Shown in pieces: positions 59,929-64,000 of a stretch of 64,000 bases of DNA. Source of the DNA: Phyllobates terribilis (lineage: Eukaryota); assembly GCF_046119375.1 (NCBI RefSeq), contig NW_027362772.1:254200001-254264000 (forward strand). The letters run 5' to 3'. The first letter of the stretch is position 1. The number at the start of each line of letters is the position of its first letter. The position numbers were made by a program, and so were the translations under genes. A model generated the notes under the pieces. It did no database searches. It was not told the DNA's origin and saw only the letters and a program-made list of their open reading frames with translations.

Positions 59929-61495
59929 CAGTCATGGCCAAAAGTATTGAGAATGAGACAAATAGTAATTTTTCCAAAGTTTACTGTTTCATTTTTTGTA
60001 ATGGCAATTTGCATATACTCCTGAATGTCAAAGAGTGATCAGCTTAACAGCAATTACTGTACTTGCAAAGTCAATATTTGCCCAGAAAATGAACTTTAAC
60101 CCCCAAAACACATTTCAACATCACTGCAGTCCTGCCTTAAAAGGAGCAGCTAACATTGTTTTAGTGATTGATCCATTAACACAGATGTGGGTGTTGATGA
60201 GGACAGGGCTGGCGATCAATCAGTCATGATTAAGTAAGAATGACATCACTGGACACTTTAAAAGGAGGCTGGTTCTTGGTATCATTGTTTCTCTTCAGTT
60301 AACCATGGTTAGCTCTAAAGAAACACGTGCAGCCATCATTGCACTGCACAAAAATGGCCTAACAGGGAAGAGTATCGCAGCTACAAAGATTGCACCTCAG
60401 TCAACAATCTATCGCATCATCAAGAATTTCAAGGAGAGAGCTTCCATTGTCAAAAAGGCTCCAGGGCGCCCAAGAAAGACGAGCAAGCACCAGGACCGTA
60501 TCTTAAAACTGTTTCAGCTGCGGGATCGGACTACCAGCAGTGCCGAGCTTGCTCAGGAATGGCAGTAGGCTGGTGTGAGTGCTTCTGCACGCACTGTGAG
60601 GCGGAGACTCTTTGAGCAAGGGCTGGTTTCAAGGAGGGCAGCAAAGAAGCCACTTCTCTCCAGAAAAAACATCAGGGACCGACTGATATTCTGCAAAAGG
60701 TACAGGGAGTGGACTGCTGAGGACTGGGTCAAAGTCATTTTCTCTGATGAATCCCCTTTTCGATTGTTTGGGACATCTGGAAAACAGCTTATTCGGAGAA
60801 GAAGAGGTGAGCGCTACCACCAGTCTTGTCTCATGCCAACTGTAAAGCATCCTGAAACCATTCATGTGTGGGGTTGCTTCTCAGCCAAGGGAATCGGCTC
60901 ACTCACAGTCTTGCCTAAAAACACAGCCATGAATAAAGAATGGTACCAGAATGTCCTCCAAGAGCAACTTCTCCCAACCGTCCAAGAGCAGTTTGGCGCC
61001 CAACAATGCCTTTTCCAGCATGATGGAGCACCTTGCCATAAAGCAAAGGTGATAACTAAATGGCTCATGGAACAAAACATAGAGATTTTGGGTCCATGGC
61101 CTGGAAACTCCCCAGATCTTAATCCCATTGAGAACTTGTGGTCAATCATCAAGAGACGGGTGGACAAACAAAAACCAACAAATTCTGGCAAAATGCAAGC
61201 ATTGATTATGCAAGAATGGACTGCTATCAGTCAGGATTTGGTCCAAAAGTTGATTGAGAGCATGCCAGGGAGAATTACAGAGGTCTTGAAGAAGAAGGGG
61301 CAACACTGCAAATATTGACTTGCTGCATTAACTCATTCTAACTGTCAATACAACCTATTGGTACTCATAATATGATTGCAATTATATTTCTGTATGTGAT
61401 GTAAACATCAGACAAACACTAATAAAAACCAGAGGCCAGCAGATCATGTGAAAATATAATTTTGGTGTCATTCTCAAAACTTTTGGCCATGACTG
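59929..61495 (+). mobile_element. Near-intact Tc1/mariner transposon, DD35E (Traveler-like), 1567 bp
   Basis: TA flanks (59927-28, 61496-97); short TIR CAGTCATGGCCAAAAGT(A/T)TTGAGAATGA; transposase 60305-61318 in one frame with a single TAG at 60566-68; IFSDES, FQHDGAPCH, WPGNSPDLNPIEN with 35 residues between the second D and E. Confidence 0.93.
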
Positions 61496-63630
61496 TACAC
61501 ACATACAGCTCTACACTATACACACAGCTCTACACTATATACACACACACAGCTCTACACTATATACACACAGCTCTACACTATACACACACAGCTCTAC
61601 ATTATACACACACAGCTCTACACTATATACACACACACAGCTCTACACTATATACACACACAGCTCTACACTATATACACACACAGCTCTACACTATACA
61701 CACACAGCTCTACACTATACACACACAGAGCTCTCCACTATACACACACACAGCTCTACACCATACACACACAGCTCTACACTATACACACACAGCTCTA
61801 CACTACACACCTCTACACTACACACACACACACAGCTCTACACTATACACACACAGCTCTACACTATATACACACACAGCTCTACACTATACACACACAC
61901 AGCTCTACACTATACACACACAGCTCTATACTATACGCACACACAGCTCTACACTATACGCACACACAGCTCTACACTATACACACACAGAGCTCTACAC
62001 TATACACACACAGAGCTCTACACTATACACACACACAGCTCTCCACTATACACACACACAGCTCTACACTATATACCAGACAGGTCTACACTATACACAC
62101 ACACAGCTCTACACCATACACACACACAGCTCTACACTATATACACAGAGCTCTACACCATACACACACAGCTCTACACTATATACACACACAGCTCTAC
62201 ACTATATACACACACAGCTCTACACTATATACACACATTGCTCTACACTATACACACACACAGCTCTCCACTATACACACACACAGCTCTACACTATATA
62301 CCAGACAGGTCTACACTATACACACACACAGCTCTACACTATATACACACAGCTCTACACTATACACACACAGAGCTCCACTATACACACAGCTCTACAC
62401 TATATACACAGAGCACTACACCATACACACACAGCTCTACACTATACACACACAGCTCTACACTATATACACACAGCTCTACACTATATACACACACACA
62501 GCTCTACACTATATACACACACACAGCTCTACACTATACACACACAGCTCTACACTATACACACACACAGCTCTACACTATATACCAGACAGGTCTACAC
62601 TATACACACACACAGCTCTACACTATACACACACAGCTCTACACTATACACACACATTGCTCTACACTATACACACACACAGCTCTACACTATACACACA
62701 CACAGCTCTACACTATACACACACACAGCTCTACACTATATACACACAGCCTCTACACTATACACACAGAGCTCTACACTATACACACACACAGCTCTAC
62801 ACTATATACACAGAGCTCTACACCATACACACACAGCTCTACACTATACACACACAGCTCTACACTATATACACACACACAGCTCTACACTATATACACA
62901 CACACAGCTCTACACTATACACACACAGAGCTCTACACTATACACACACAGCTCTACACTATATACCACACAGGTCTACACTATACACACACACAGCTCT
63001 ACACTATATACACACAGCTCTACACTATACACACACACAGCTCTACACCATACACACACAGCTCTACACTATATACACAGAGCTCTACACCATACACACA
63101 CAGCTCTACACTATATACACACACACAGCTCTACACTATACACACAGAGCTCTACACTATATACACACAGAGCTCTACACTATACACACACAGCTCTACA
63201 CTATATACACACACAGCTCTACACTATATACACAGAGCTCTACACCATACACACACAGCTCTACACTATATACACACACTGCTCTCCACTATATACACAC
63301 ACACAGCTCTACACTATACACACACACAGCTCTACACTATATACCACACAGGTCTACACTATACACACAGCTCTACACTATACACACACACAGCTCTACA
63401 CTATATACCACACAGGTCTACACTATATACACACACAGCTCTACACTATACACACACAGCTCTACACTATACACACACAGCTCTACACTATATACCACAC
63501 AGGTCTACGCTATATACACACACAGCTCTACGCTATATACCACACAGCTCTACACTATACACACACACTGCTCTACACTATACACACACACAGCTCTACA
63601 CTATATACACACACAGGTCTACACTATATA
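61496..63630. repeat. CA-rich minisatellite, largely a duplicate of ~58030-59928
   Basis: Same order of rare variant units (CACCTCTACACTAC, ATACCAGACAGGTC, CATTGCTC, GGTCTACGCTA) as the array before the first transposon. Confidence 0.95.
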
Positions 63631-64000
63631 CAGTCATGGCCAAAAGTATTGAGAATGAGACAAATAGTAATTTTTCCAAAGTTTACTGTTTCATTTTTTG
63701 TAATGGCAATTTGCATATACTCCTGAATGTCAAAGAGTGATCAGCTTAACAGCAATTACTGTACTTGCAAAGTCAATATTTGCCCAGAAAATGAACTTTA
63801 ACCCCCAAAACACATTTCAACATCACTGCAGTCCTGCCTTAAAAGGAGCAGCTAACATTGTTTTAGTGATTGATCCATTAACACAGATGTGGGTGTTGAT
63901 GAGGACAGGGCTGGCGATCAATCAGTCATGATTAAGTAAGAATGACATCACTGGACACTTTAAAAGGAGGCTGGTTCTTGGTATCATTGTTTCTCTTCAG
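63631..64000 (+). mobile_element. Left end of a second copy of the DD35E element, cut by the window edge
   Basis: Appears identical to 59929-60298 at offset 3702, with the same upstream junction ACACTATA-TA-CAGTCATGG. Confidence 0.95.

Noticed and set aside
56916-63740. Very long His/Thr/Tyr-rich ORFs (1040, 1020, 754, 500 aa)
   Set aside because: They are translations of the CA-rich minisatellite, whose + strand happens to lack stop triplets in all frames; they lie antisense in a PUSL1 intron.

Overview
This is vertebrate genomic DNA, most likely an anuran amphibian judging from the repeat landscape (inference; species not determinable). It carries the conserved CPTP(-) / INTS11(+) / PUSL1(-) block. 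CPTP and INTS11 are head-to-head across a compact bidirectional promoter near 10.1-10.3 kb. INTS11 is complete (17 coding exons, 600 aa). Only the last three coding exons of PUSL1 fall in the window. An intronless P2Y/LPAR6-like class A GPCR (350 aa, - strand) lies between INTS11 and PUSL1 and lacks both activation tyrosines (Y5.58, Y7.53). The rest is transposon-rich: a full-length decayed DIRS1 element in the last INTS11 intron; a 7.5-kb Tx1-clade LINE inserted without a target duplication into an 86-97-bp satellite, whose very long ORF1 resembles ZCCHC3; a Tc1 whose start codon sits in a 30-bp microinversion; a near-intact DD35E Tc1/mariner in a CA-rich minisatellite, tandemly duplicated with its flank; a Penelope-like foldback with a minimal hammerhead core; and many MITEs and tandem repeats. 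All alignments and homology calls were made by eye or from memory and need database confirmation.
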